From: Auanema rhodensis
Taxonomy: Eukaryota > Animalia > Nematoda
Length of the DNA: 64,000 nt
Assembly: GCA_964057225.1 (NCBI GenBank)
Contig: OZ059895.1
Coordinates: forward strand, 3,348,001-3,412,000
Direction: 5' to 3'
This document shows positions 15,001 through 30,000 of this stretch, piece after piece (positions within the stretch are counted from its first letter, which is position 1; each line of letters begins with the position of its first letter). A program made the translations under genes and the position numbers. The notes below the pieces were generated by a model. That model did not search any database and was not told the origin of the DNA. It saw only the letters and a list, made by a program, of their open reading frames with translations.

Positions 15001-18000
15001 CACCCATAAATTATACGCAGCACAGGTTACCCTTAAATAATGAACTGACCGACTAATCAGACATGGATCTTTCCAAGTTCTGTTGCTTGAATGGATGTTT
15101 TCCTACGTAGGCTAGTAAAACATGCCCTTCAAAGCATCAGAACATGTGACCACATTCCAATTTTTTTGTATCTATCTTGTAAAGATAGTAATATATCATA
15201 TGTTGAACACTATGTTGGAAAGATTTTAATTCAGATTTTCTAACTTTTATTCTGTTTGTTTTTTAAACTTTGATTAAGAACTTTGATTTTTGTACACCCA
15301 TAAATTATACGCAGCACAGGTTACCCTTAAATAATGAACTGACCGACTAATCAGACATGGATCTTTCCTAGTTCTGTTGCTTGAATGGATGTTTTCCTAC
15401 GTAGGCTAGTAAAACATGCCCTTCAAAGCATCAGAACATGTGATCACATTTCAATTTTTTTGTATCTATCTTGTAAAGATAGTAATATATCATATGTTGA
15501 ACACTATGTTGGAAAGATTTTAATTCAGATTTTCTAACTTTTATTCAGTTTGTTTTTTAAACTTTGATTAAGAACTTTGATTTTTGTACACCCATAAATT
15601 ATACGCAGCACAGGTTACCCTTAAATAATGAACTGACCGACTAATCAGACATGGATCTTTCCTAGTTCTGTTGCTTGAATGGATGTTTTCCTACGTAGGC
15701 TAGTAAAACATGCCCTTCAAAGCATCAGAACATGTGATCACATTCCAATTTTTTTGTATCTATCTTGTAAAGATAGTAATATATCATATGTTGAACACTA
15801 TGTTGGAAAGATTTTAATTCAGATTTACGAACTTTTATTCAGTTTGTTTTTTAAACTTTGATTAAGAACTTTGATTTTTGTACACCCATAAATTATACGC
15901 AGCACAGGTTACCCTTAAATAATGAACTGACCGACTAATCAGACATGGATCTTTCCTAGTTCTGTTGCTTGAATGGATGTTTTCCTACGTAGGCTAGTAA
16001 AACATGCCCTTCAAAGCATCAGAACATGTGATCACATTCCAATTTTTTTGTATCTATCTTGTAAAGATAGTAATATATCATATGTTGAACACTATGTTTG
16101 AAAGATTTTAATTCAGATTTTCTAACTTTTATTCAGTTTGTTTTTTAAACTTTGATTAAGAACTTTGATTTTCGTACACCCATAAATTATACGCAGCACA
16201 GGTTACCCTTAAATAATGAACTGACCGACTAATCAGACATGGATCTTTCCTAGTTCTGTTGCTTGAATGGATGTTTTCCTACGTAGGCTAGTAAAACATG
16301 CCCTTCAAAGCATCAGAACATGTGATCACATTCCAATTTTTTTGAAATCTATCTTGTAAAGATAGTAATAAACTTTGATTTTTGTACACCCATAAATTAT
16401 ACGCAGCACAGGTTACCCTTAAATAATGAACTGACCGACTAATCAGACATGGATCTTTCCTAGTTCTGTTGCTTGAATGGATGTTTTCCTACGTAGGCTA
16501 GTAAAACATGCCCTTCAAAGCATCAGAACATGTGATCACATTCCAATTTTTTTGTATCTATCTTGTAAAGATAGTAATATATCATATGTTGAACACTATG
16601 TTGGAAAGATTTTAATTCAGATTTTTTCAACTTTCACTCAGTTTGTTTTCTAAACTTTGATTAAGAACCTTGTTGTTTGTACACCCATAAAATATACGCA
16701 GCACAGGTTACCCTTAAATAATGAACTGACCGTCTAATCAGACATGGATCTTCCCAAGTTCTGTTGCTTGAATGGATGTTTTCCTACGTAGGCTAGTAAA
16801 ACATGCCCTTCAAAGCATCAGAACATGTGATCACATTCCAATTTTTTTGTATCTATCTTGTAAAGATAGTAATATATCATATGTTGAACACTATGTTTGA
16901 AAGATTTTAATTCAGATTTTCTAACTTTTATTCAGTTTGTTTTTTAAACTTTGATTAAGAACTTTGATTTTCGTACACCCATAAATTATACGCAGCACAG
17001 GTTACCCTTAATTAATGAACTGACCGACTAATCAGACATGGATCTTTCCAAGTTCTGTTGCTTGAACGGATGTTTTCCTACGTAGGCTAGTAAAACATGC
17101 CCTTCAAAGCATCAGAACATGTGATCACATTTCAATTTTTTTGTATCTATCTTGTAAAGATAGTAATATATCATATGTTGAACACTATGTTGGAAAGATT
17201 TTAATTCAGATTTTTTCAACTTTCACTCAGTTTGTTTTCTAAACTTTGATTAAGAACCTTGTTGTTTGTACACCCATAAAATATACGCAGCACAGGTTAC
17301 CCTTAAATAATGAACTGACCGTCTAATCAGACATGGATCTTCCCAAGTTCTGTTGCTTGAATGGATGTTTTCCTACGTAGGCTAGTAAAACATGCCCTTC
17401 AAAGCATCAGAACATGTGATCACATTCCAATTTTTTTGTATCTATCTTGTAAAGATAGTAATATATCATATGTTGAACACTATGTTTGAAAGATTTTAAT
17501 TCAGATTTTCTAACTTTTATTCAGTTTGTTTTTTAAACTTTGATTAAGAACTTTGATTTTTGTACACCCATAAATTATACGCAGCACAGGTTACCCTTAA
17601 ATAATGAACTGACCGACTAATCAGACATGGATCTTTCCTAGTTCTGTTGCTTGAATGGATGTTTTCCTACGTAGGCTAGTAAAACATGCCCTTCAAAGCA
17701 TCAGAACATGTGACCACATTCCAATTTTTTTGTATCTATCTTGTAAAGATAGTAATATATCATATGTTGAACACTATGTTGGAAAGATTTTAATTCAGAT
17801 TTTCTAACTTTTATTCTGTTTGTTTTTTGAACTTTGATTAAGAACTTTGATTTTTGTACACCCATAAATTATACGCAGCACAGGTTACCCTTAAATAATG
17901 AACTGACCGACTAATCAGACATGGATCTTTCCTAGTTCTGTTGCTTGAATGGATGTTTTCCTACGTAGGCTAGTAAAACATGCCCTTCAAAGCATCAGAA

Positions 18001-21000
18001 CATGTGATCACATTTCAATTTTTTTGTATCTATCTTGTAAAGATAGTAATATATCATATGTTGAACACTATGTTGGAAAGATTTTAATTCAGATTTTCTA
18101 ACTTTTATTCAGTTTGTTTTTTAAACTTTGATTAAGAACTTTGATTTTTGTACACCCATAAATTATACGCAGCACAGGTTACCCTTAAATAATGAACTGA
18201 CCGACTAATCAGACATGGATCTTTCCTAGTTCTGTTGCTTGAATGGATGTTTTCCTACGTAGGCTAGTAAAACATGCCCTTCAAAGCATCAGAACATGTG
18301 ATCACATTCCAATTTTTTTGTATCTATCTTGTAAAGATAGTAATATATCATATGTTGAACACTATGTTGGAAAGATTTTAATTCAGATTTACGAACTTTT
18401 ATTCAGTTTGTTTTTTAAACTTTGATTAAGAACTTTGATTTTTGTACACCCATAAATTATACGCAGCACAGGTTACCCTTAAATAATGAACTGACCGACT
18501 AATCAGACATGGATCTTTCCTAGTTCTGTTGCTTGAATGGATGTTTTCCTACGTAGGCTAGTAAAACATGCCCTTCAAAGCATCAGAACATGTGATCACA
18601 TTTCAATTTTTTTGTATCTATCTTGTAAAGATAGTAATATATCATATGTTGAACACTATGTTGGAAAGATTTTAATTCAGATTTTCTAACTTTTATTCAG
18701 TTTGTTTTTTAAACTTTGATTAAGAACTTTGATTTTTGTACACCCATAAATTATACGCAGCACAGGTTACCCTTAAATAATGAACTGACCGACTAATCAG
18801 ACATGGATCTTTCCTAGTTCTGTTGCTTGAATGGATGTTTTCCTACGTAGGCTAGTAAAACATGCCCTTCAAAGCATCAGAACATGTGATCACATTTCAA
18901 TTTTTTTGTATCTATCTTGTAAAGATAGTAATATATCATATGTTGAACACTATGTTGGAAAGATTTTAATTCAGATTTTCTAACTTTTATTCAGTTTGTT
19001 TTTTAAACTTTGATTAAGAACTTTGATTTTTGTACACCCATAAATTATACGCAGCACAGGTTACCCTTAAATAATGAACTGACCGACTAATCAGACATGG
19101 ATCTTTCCTAGTTCTGTTGCTTGAATGGATGTTTTCCTACGTAGGCTAGTAAAACATGCCCTTCAAAGCATCAGAACATGTGATCACATTCCAATTTTTT
19201 TGAAATCTATCTTGTAAAGATAGTAATAAACTTTGATTTTTGTACACCCATAAATTATACGCAGCACAGGTTACCCTTAAATAATGAACTGACCGACTAA
19301 TCAGACATGGATCTTTCCTAGTTCTGTTGCTTGAATGGATGTTTTCCTACGTAGGCTAGTAAAACATGCCCTTCAAAGCATCAGAACATGTGATCACATT
19401 CCAATTTTTTTGTATCTATCTTGTAAAGATAGTAATATATCATATGTTGAACACTATGTTGGAAAGATTTTAATTCAGATTTACGAACTTTTATTCAGTT
19501 TGTTTTTTAAACTTTGATTAAGAACTTTGATTTTGTACACCCATAAATTATACGCAGCACAGGTTACCCTTAAATAATGAACTGACCGACTAATATAGTA
19601 ATATATCATATGTTGAACACTATGTTGGAAAGATTTTAATTCAGATTTTCTAACTTTTATTCAGTTTGTTTTTTAAACTTTGATTAAGAACTTTGATTTT
19701 CGTACACCCATAAATTATACGCAGCACAGGTTACCCTTAATTAATGAACTGACCGACTAATCAGACATGGATCTTTCCAAGTTCTGTTGCTTGAACGGAT
19801 GTTTTCCTACGTAGGCTAGTAAAACATGCCCTTCAAAGCATCAGAACATGTGACCACATTCCAATTTTTTTGTATCTATCTTGTAAAGATAGTAATATAT
19901 CATATGTTGAACACTATGTTGGAAAGATTTTAATTCAGATTTTTTCAACTTTCACTCAGTTTGTTTTCTAAACTTTGATTAAGAACCTTGAGTTTTGTAC
20001 ACCCATAAATTATACGCAGCACAGGTTACCCTTAATTAATGAACTGACCGACTAATCAGACATGGATCTTTCCAAGTTCTGTTGCTTGAACGGATGTTTT
20101 CCTACGTAGGCTAGTAAAACATGCCCTTCAAAGCATCAGAACATGTGATCACATTCCAATTTTTTTGTATCTATCTTGTAAAGATAGTAATATATCATAT
20201 GTTGAACACTATGTTGGAAAGATTTTAATTCAGATTTACGAACTTTTATTCAGTTTGTTTTTTAAACTTTGATTAAGAACTTTGATTTTGTACACCCATA
20301 AATTATACGCAGCACAGGTTACCCTTAAATAATGAACTGACCGACTAATATAGTAATATATCATATGTTGAACACTATGTTGGAAAGATTTTAATTCAGA
20401 TTTTCTAACTTTTATTCAGTTTGTTTTTTAAACTTTGATTAAGAACTTTGATTTTCGTACACCCATAAATTATACGCAGCACAGGTTACCCTTAATTAAT
20501 GAACTGACCGACTAATCAGACATGGATCTTTCCAAGTTCTGTTGCTTGAACGGATGTTTTCCTACGTAGGCTAGTAAAACATGCCCTTCAAAGCATCAGA
20601 ACATGTGACCACATTCCAATTTTTTTGTATCTATCTTGTAAAGATAGTAATATATCATATGTTGAACACTATGTTGGAAAGATTTTAATTCAGATTTTTT
20701 CAACTTTCACTCAGTTTGTTTTCTAAACTTTGATTAAGAACCTTGAGTTTTGTACACCCATAAATTATACGCAGCACAGGTTACCCTTAAATAATGAACT
20801 GACCGACTAATCAGACATGGATCTTTCCAAGTTCTGTTGCTTGAATGGATGTTTTCCTACGTAGGCTAGTAAAACATGCCCTTCAAAGCATCAGAACATG
20901 TGACCACATTCCAATTTTTTTGTATCTATCTTGTAAAGATAGTAATATATCATATGTTGAACACTATGTTGGAAAGATTTTAATTCAGATTTTCTAACTT

Positions 21001-24000
21001 TTATTCTGTTTGTTTTTTAAACTTTGATTAAGAACTTTGATTTTTGTACACCCATAAATTATACGCAGCACAGGTTACCCTTAAATAATGAACTGACCGA
21101 CTAATCAGACATGGATCTTTCCTAGTTCTGTTGCTTGAATGGATGTTTTCCTACGTAGGCTAGTAAAACATGCCCTTCAAAGCATCAGAACATGTGATCA
21201 CATTCCAATATTTTTGTATCTATCTTGTAAAGATAGTAATATATCATATGTTGAACACTATGTTGGAAAGATTTTAATTCAGATTTTCTAACTTTTATTC
21301 AGTTTGTTTTTTAAATTTTGATTAAGAACTTTGATTTTTGTACACCCATAAATTATACGCAGCACAGGTTACCCTTGAATAATGAACTGACCGACTAATC
21401 AGACATGGATCTTTCCTAGTTCTGTTGCTTGAATGGATGTTTTCCTATGTAGGCTAGTAAAACATGCCCTTCAAAGCATCAGAACATGTGATCACATTCC
21501 ATTTTTTTTGTATCTATCTTGTAAAGATAGTAATAAACTTTGATTTTTGTACACCCATAAATTATACGCAGCACAGGTTACCCTTAAATAATGAACTGAC
21601 CGACTAATCAGACATGGATCTTTCCAAGTTCTGTTGCTTGAACGGATGTTTTCCTACGTAGGCTAGTAAAACATGCCCTTCAAAGCATCAGAACATGTGA
21701 TCACATTTCAATTTTTTTGTATCTATCTTGTAAAGATAGTAATATATCATATGTTGAACACTATGTTGGAAAGATTTTAATTCAGATTTTTTCAACTTTC
21801 ACTCAGTTTGTTTTCTAAACTTTGATTAAGAACCTTGTTGTTTGTACACCCATAAAATATACGCAGCACAGGTTACCCTTAAATAATGAACTGACCGTCT
21901 AATCAGACATGGATCTTCCCAAGTTCTGTTGCTTGAATGGATGTTTTCCTACGTAGGCTAGTAAAACATGCCCTTCAAAGCATCAGAACATGTGATCACA
22001 TTCCAATTTTTTTGTATCTATCTTGTAAAGATAGTAATATATCATATGTTGAACACTATGTTTGAAAGATTTTAATTCAGATTTTCTAACTTTTATTCAG
22101 TTTGTTTTTTAAACTTTGATTAAGAACTTTGATTTTTGTACACCCATAAATTATACGCAGCACAGGTTACCCTTAAATAATGAACTGACCGACTAATCAG
22201 ACATGGATCTTTCCTAGTTCTGTTGCTTGAATGGATGTTTTCCTACGTAGGCTAGTAAAACATGCCCTTCAAAGCATCAGAACATGTGACCACATTCCAA
22301 TTTTTTTGTATCTATCTTGTAAAGATAGTAATATATCAAATGTTGAACACTATGTTGGAAAGATTTTAATTCAGATTTTCTAACTTTTATTCAGTTTGTT
22401 TTTTAAACTTTGATTAAGAACTTTGATTTTTGTACACCCATAAATTATACGCAGCACAGGTTACCCTTAAATAATGAACTGACCGACTAATCAGACATGG
22501 ATCTTTCCTAGTTCTGTTGCTTGAATGGATGTTTTCCTACGTAGGCTAGTAAAACATGCCCTTCAAAGCATCAGAACATGTGACCACATTCCAATTTTTT
22601 TGTATCTATCTTGTAAAGATAGTAATATATCATATGTTGAACACTATGTTGGAAAGATTTTAATTCAGATTTTCTAACTTTTATTCAGTTTGTTTTTTAA
22701 ACTTTGATTAAGAACTTTGATTTTTGTACACCCATAAATTATACGCAGCACAGGTTACCCTTGAATAATGAACTGACCGACTAATCAGACATGGATCTTT
22801 CCTAGTTCTGTTGCTTGAATGGATGTTTTCCTACGTAGGCTAGTAAAACATGCCCTTCAAAGCATCAGAACATGTGATCACATTCCAATTTTTTTGTATC
22901 TATCTTGTAAAGATAGTAATAAACTTTGATTTTTGTACACCCATAAATTATACGCAGCACAGGTTACCCTTAAATAATGAACTGACCGACTAATCAGACA
23001 TGGATCTTTCCAAGTTCTGTTGCTTGAACGGATGTTTTCCTACGTAGGCTAGTAAAACATGCCCTTCAAAGCATCAGAACATGTGATCACATTTCAATTT
23101 TTTTGTATCTATCTTGTAAAGATAGTAATATATCATATGTTGAACACTATGTTGGAAAGATTTTAATTCAGATTTTTTCAACTTTCACTCAGTTTGTTTT
23201 CTAAACTTTGATTAAGAACCTTGAGTTTTGTACACCCATAAATTATACGCAGCACAGGTTACCCTTAAATAATGAACTGACCGACTAATCAGACATGGAT
23301 CTTTCCTAGTTCTGTTGCTTGAATGGATGTTTTCCTACGTAGGCTAGTAAAACATGCCCTTCAAAGCATCAGAACATGTGATCACATTCCAATATTTTTG
23401 TATCTATCTTGTAAAGATAGTAATATATCATATGTTGAACACTATGTTGGAAAGATTTTAATTCAGATTTTCTAACTTTTATTCAGTTTGTTTTTTAAAT
23501 TTTGATTAAGAACTTTGATTTTTGTACACCCATAAATTATACGCAGCACAGGTTACCCTTGAATAATGAACTGACCGACTAATCAGACATGGATCTTTCC
23601 TAGTTCTGTTGCTTGAATGGATGTTTTCCTATGTAGGCTAGTAAAACATGCCCTTCAAAGCATCAGAACATGTGATCACATTCCATTTTTTTTGTATCTA
23701 TCTTGTAAAGATAGTAATAAACTTTGATTTTTGTACACCCATAAATTATACGCAGCACAGGTTACCCTTAAATAATGAACTGACCGACTAATCAGACATG
23801 GATCTTTCCAAGTTCTGTTGCTTGAACGGATGTTTTCCTACGTAGGCTAGTAAAACATGCCCTTCAAAGCATCAGAACATGTGATCACATTTCAATTTTT
23901 TTGTATCTATCTTGTAAAGATAGTAATATATCATATGTTGAACACTATGTTGGAAAGATTTTAATTCAGATTTTTTCAGCTTTCACTCAGTTTGTTTTCT

Positions 24001-27000
24001 AAACTTTGATTAAGAACCTTGTTGTTTGTACACCCATAAAATATACGCAGCACAGGTTACCCTTAAATAATGAACTGACCGTCTAATCAGACATGGATCT
24101 TCCCAAGTTCTGTTGCTTGAATGGATGTTTTCCTACGTAGGCTAGTAAAACATGCCCTTCAAAGCATCAGAACATGTGATCACATTCCAATTTTTTTGTA
24201 TCTATCTTGTAAAGATAGTAATATATCATATGTTGAACACTATGTTTGAAAGATTTTAATTCAGATTTTCTAACTTTTATTCAGTTTGTTTTTTAAACTT
24301 TGATTAAGAACTTTGATTTTTGTACACCCATAAATTATACGCAGCACAGGTTACCCTTAAATAATGAACTGACCGACTAATCAGACATGGATCTTTCCTA
24401 GTTCTGTTGCTTGAATGGATGTTTTCCTACGTAGGCTAGTAAAACATGCCCTTCAAAGCATCAGAACATGTGACCACATTCCAATTTTTTTGTATCTATC
24501 TTGTAAAGATAGTAATATATCAAATGTTGAACACTATGTTGGAAAGATTTTAATTCAGATTTTCTAACTTTTATTCAGTTTGTTTTTTAAACTTTGATTA
24601 AGAACTTTGATTTTTGTACACCCATAAATTATACGCAGCACAGGTTACCCTTAAATAATGAACTGACCGACTAATCAGACATGGATCTTTCCTAGTTCTG
24701 TTGCTTGAATGGATGTTTTCCTACGTAGGCTAGTAAAACATGCCCTTCAAAGCATCAGAACATGTGACCACATTCCAATTTTTTTGTATCTATCTTGTAA
24801 AGATAGTAATATATCATATGTTGAACACTATGTTGGAAAGATTTTAATTCAGATTTTCTAACTTTTATTCAGTTTGTTTTCTAAACTTTGATTAAGAACC
24901 TTGAGTTTTGTACACCCATAAATTATACGCAGCACAGGTTACCCTTAAATAATGAACTGACCGACTAATCAGACATGGATCTTTCCTAGTTCTGTTGCTT
25001 GAATGGATGTTTTCCTACGTAGGCTAGTAAAACATGCCCTTCAAAGCATCAGAACATGTGATCACATTCCAATATTTTTGTATCTATCTTGTAAAGATAG
25101 TAATATATCATATGTTGAACACTATGTTGGAAAGATTTTAATTCAGATTTTTTCAACTTTCACTCAGTTTGTTTTCTAAACTTTGATTAAGAACCTTGAG
25201 TTTTGTACACCCATAAATTATACGCAGCACAGGTTACCCTTAAATAATGAACTGACCGACTAATCAGACATGGATCTTTCCTAGTTCTGTTGCTTGAATG
25301 GATGTTTTCCTACGTAGGCTAGTAAAACATGCCCTTCAAAGCATCAGAACATGTGATCACATTCCAATTTTTTTGTATCTATCTTGTAAAGATAGTAATT
25401 ATATCATATGTTGAACACTATGTTGGAAAGATTTTAATTCAGATTTTCTAACTTTTATTCAGTTTGTTTTTTAAACTTTGATTAAGAACTTTGATTTTTG
25501 TACACCCATAAATTATACGCAGCACAGGTTACCCTTAAATAATGAACTGACCGACTAATCAGACATGGATCTTTCCTAGTTCTGTTGCTTGAATGGATGT
25601 TTTCCTACGTAGGCTAGTAAAACATGCCCTTCAAAGCATCAGAACATGTGACCACATTCCAATTTTTTTGTATCTATCTTGTAAAGATAGTAATATATCA
25701 TATGTTGAACACTATGTTGGAAAGATTTTAATTCAGATTTTCTAACTTTTATTCAGTTTGTTTTTTAAACTTTGATTAAGAACTTTGATTTTTGTACACC
25801 CATAAATTATACGCAGCACAGGTTACCCTTGAATAATGAACTGACCGACTAATCAGACATGGATCTTTCCTAGTTCTGTTGCTTGAATGGATGTTTTCCT
25901 ACGTAGGCTAGTAAAACATGCCCTTCAAAGCATCAGAACATGTGATCACATTCCAATTTTTTTGTATCTATCTTGTAAAGATAGTAATAAACTTTGATTT
26001 TTGTACACCCATAAATTATACGCAGCACAGGTTACCCTTAAATAATGAACTGACCGACTAATCAGACATGGATCTTTCCAAGTTCTGTTGCTTGAACGGA
26101 TGTTTTCCTACGTAGGCTAGTAAAACATGCCCTTCAAAGCATCAGAACATGTGATCACATTTCAATTTTTTTGTATCTATCTTGTAAAGATAGTAATATA
26201 TCATATGTTGAACACTATGTTGGAAAGATTTTAATTCAGATTTTTTCAACTTTCACTCAGTTTGTTTTCTAAACTTTGATTAAGAACCTTGAGTTTTGTA
26301 CACCCATAAATTATACGCAGCACAGGTTACCCTTAAATAATGAACTGACCGACTAATCAGACATGGATCTTTCCTAGTTCTGTTGCTTGAATGGATGTTT
26401 TCCTACGTAGGCTAGTAAAACATGCCCTTCAAAGCATCAGAACATGTGATCACATTCCAATATTTTTGTATCTATCTTGTAAAGATAGTAATATATCATA
26501 TGTTGAACACTATGTTGGAAAGATTTTAATTCAGATTTTTTCAACTTTCACTCAGTTTGTTTTCTAAACTTTGATTAAGAACCTTGAGTTTTGTACACCC
26601 ATAAATTATACGCAGCACAGGTTACCCTTAAATAATGAACTGACCGACTAATCAGACATGGATCTTTCCTAGTTCTGTTGCTTGAATGGATGTTTTCCTA
26701 CGTAGGCTAGTAAAACATGCCCTTCAAAGCATCAGAACATGTGATCACATTCCAATTTTTTTGTATCTATCTTGTAAAGATAGTAATTATATCATATGTT
26801 GAACACTATGTTGGAAAGATTTTAATTCAGATTTTCTAACTTTTATTCAGTTTGTTTTTTAAACTTTGATTAAGAACTTTGATTTTCGTACACCCATAAA
26901 TTATACGCAGCACAGGTTACCCTTAAATAATGAACTGACCGACTAATCAGACATGGATCTTTCCTAGTTCTGTTGCTTGAATGGATGTTTTCCTACGTAG

Positions 27001-30000
27001 GCTAGTAAAACATGCCCTTCAAAGCATCAGAACATGTGATCACATTTCAATTTTTTTGTATCTATCTTGTGAAGATAGTAATTATATCATATGTTGAACA
27101 CTATGTTGGAAAGATTTTAATTCAGATTTTCTAACTTTTATTCAGTTTGTTTTTTAAACTTTGATTAAGAACTTTGATTTTTGTACACCCATAAATTATA
27201 CGCAGCACAGGTTACCCTTAAATAATGAACTGACCGACTAATCAGACATGGATCTTTCCTAGTTCTGTTGCTTGAATGGATGTTTTCCTACGTAGGCTAG
27301 TAAAACATGCCCTTCAAAGCATCAGAACAAGTGATCACATTCCAATTTTTTTGAAATCTATCTTGTAAAGATAGTAATAAACTTTGATTTTTGTACACCC
27401 ATAAATTATACGCAGCACAGGTTACCCTTAAATAATGAACTGACCGACTAATCAGACATGGATCTTTCCAAGTTTTGTTGCTTGAATGGATGTTTTCCTA
27501 CGTAGGCTAGTAAAACATGCCTTTCAAAGCATCAGAACATGTGACCACATTCCAATTTTTTTGTATCTATCTTGTAAAGATAGTAATATATCATATGTTG
27601 AACACTATGTTGGAAAGATTTTAATTCAGATTTTCTAACTTTTATTCAGTTTGTTTTTTAAACTTTGATTAAGAACTTTGATTTTTGTACACCCATAAAT
27701 TATACGCAGCACAGGTTACCCTTAAATAATGAACTGACCGACTAATCAGACATGGATCTTTCCTAGTTCTGTTGCTTGAATGGATGTTTTCCTACGTAGG
27801 CTAGTAAAACATGCCCTTCAAAGCATCAGAACATGTGACCACATTCCAATTTTTTTGTATCTATCTTGTAAAGATAGTAATATATCATATGTTGAACACT
27901 ATGTTGGAAAGATTTTAATTCAGATTTTCTAACTTTTATTCAGTTTGTTTTTTAAACTTTGATTAAGAACTTTGATTTTTGTACACCCATAAATTATACG
28001 CAGCACAGGTTACCCTTGAATAATGAACTGACCGACTAATCAGACATGGATCTTTCCTAGTTCTGTTGCTTGAATGGATGTTTTCCTACGTAGGCTAGTA
28101 AAACATGCCCTTCAAAGCATCAGAACATGTGATCACATTCCAATTTTTTTGTATCTATCTTGTAAAGATAGTAATAAACTTTGATTTTTGTACACCCATA
28201 AATTATACGCAGCACAGGTTACCCTTAAATAATGAACTGACCGACTAATCAGACATGGATCTTTCCAAGTTCTGTTGCTTGAACGGATGTTTTCCTACGT
28301 AGGCTAGTAAAACATGCCCTTCAAAGCATCAGAACATGTGATCACATTTCAATTTTTTTGTATCTATCTTGTAAAGATAGTAATATATCATATGTTGAAC
28401 ACTATGTTGGAAAGATTTTAATTCAGATTTTTTCAACTTTCACTCAGTTTGTTTTCTAAACTTTGATTAAGAACCTTGAGTTTTGTACACCCATAAATTA
28501 TACGCAGCACAGGTTACCCTTAAATAATGAACTGACCGACTAATCAGACATGGATCTTTCCTAGTTCTGTTGCTTGAATGGATGTTTTCCTACGTAGGCT
28601 AGTAAAACATGCCCTTCAAAGCATCAGAACATGTGATCACATTCCAATATTTTTGTATCTATCTTGTAAAGATAGTAATATATCATATGTTGAACACTAT
28701 GTTGGAAAGATTTTAATTCAGATTTTTTCAACTTTCACTCAGTTTGTTTTCTAAACTTTGATTAAGAACCTTGAGTTTTGTACACCCATAAATTATACGC
28801 AGCACAGGTTACCCTTAAATAATGAACTGACCGACTAATCAGACATGGATCTTTCCTAGTTCTGTTGCTTGAATGGATGTTTTCCTACGTAGGCTAGTAA
28901 AACATGCCCTTCAAAGCATCAGAACATGTGATCACATTCCAATTTTTTTGTATCTATCTTGTAAAGATAGTAATTATATCATATGTTGAACACTATGTTG
29001 GAAAGATTTTAATTCAGATTTTCTAACTTTTATTCAGTTTGTTTTTTAAACTTTGATTAAGAACTTTGATTTTCGTACACCCATAAATTATACGCAGCAC
29101 AGGTTACCCTTAAATAATGAACTGACCGACTAATCAGACATGGATCTTTCCTAGTTCTGTTGCTTGAATGGATGTTTTCCTACGTAGGCTAGTAAAACAT
29201 GCCCTTCAAAGCATCAGAACATGTGATCACATTTCAATTTTTTTGTATCTATCTTGTAAAGATAGTAATTATATCATATGTTGAACACTATGTTGGAAAG
29301 ATTTTAATTCAGATTTTCTAACTTTTATTCAGTTTGTTTTTTAAACTTTGATTAAGAACTTTGATTTTCGTACACCCATAAATTATACGCAGCACAGGTT
29401 ACCCTTAAATAATGAACTGACCGACTAATCAGACATGGATCTTTCCTAGTTCTGTTGCTTGAATGGATGTTTTCCTACGTAGGCTAGTAAAACATGCCCT
29501 TCAAAGCATCAGAACATGTGATCACATTCCAATATTTTTGTATCTATCTTGTAAAGATAGTAATATATCATATGTTGAACACTATGTTGGAAAGATTTTA
29601 ATTCAGATTTTCTAACTTTTATTCAGTTTGTTTTTTAAACTTTGATTAAGAACCTTGAGTTTTGTACACCCATAAATTATACGCAGCACAGGTTACCCTT
29701 AAATAATGAACTGACCGACTAATCAGACATGGATCTTTCCTAGTTCTGTTGCTTGAATGGATGTTTTCCTACGTAGGCTAGTAAAACATGCCCTTCAAAG
29801 CATCAGAACATGTGATCACATTCCAATTTTTTTGTATCTATCTTGTAAAGATAGTAATTATATCATATGTTGAACACTATGTTGGAAAGATTTTAATTCA
29901 GATTTTCTAACTTTTATTCAGTTTGTTTTTTAAACTTTGATTAAGAACTTTGATTTTCGTACACCCATAAATTATACGCAGCACAGGTTACCCTTAAATA

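Noticed and set aside
888-19517. Ten identical 60-aa ORFs (MDVFLRRLVK...) and the minus-strand ORF at 11060-11242
   Set aside because: By-products of satellite variants that happen to remove a stop codon (TTCTAA to TACGAA). Most monomers have the stop, and there is no gene-like context.
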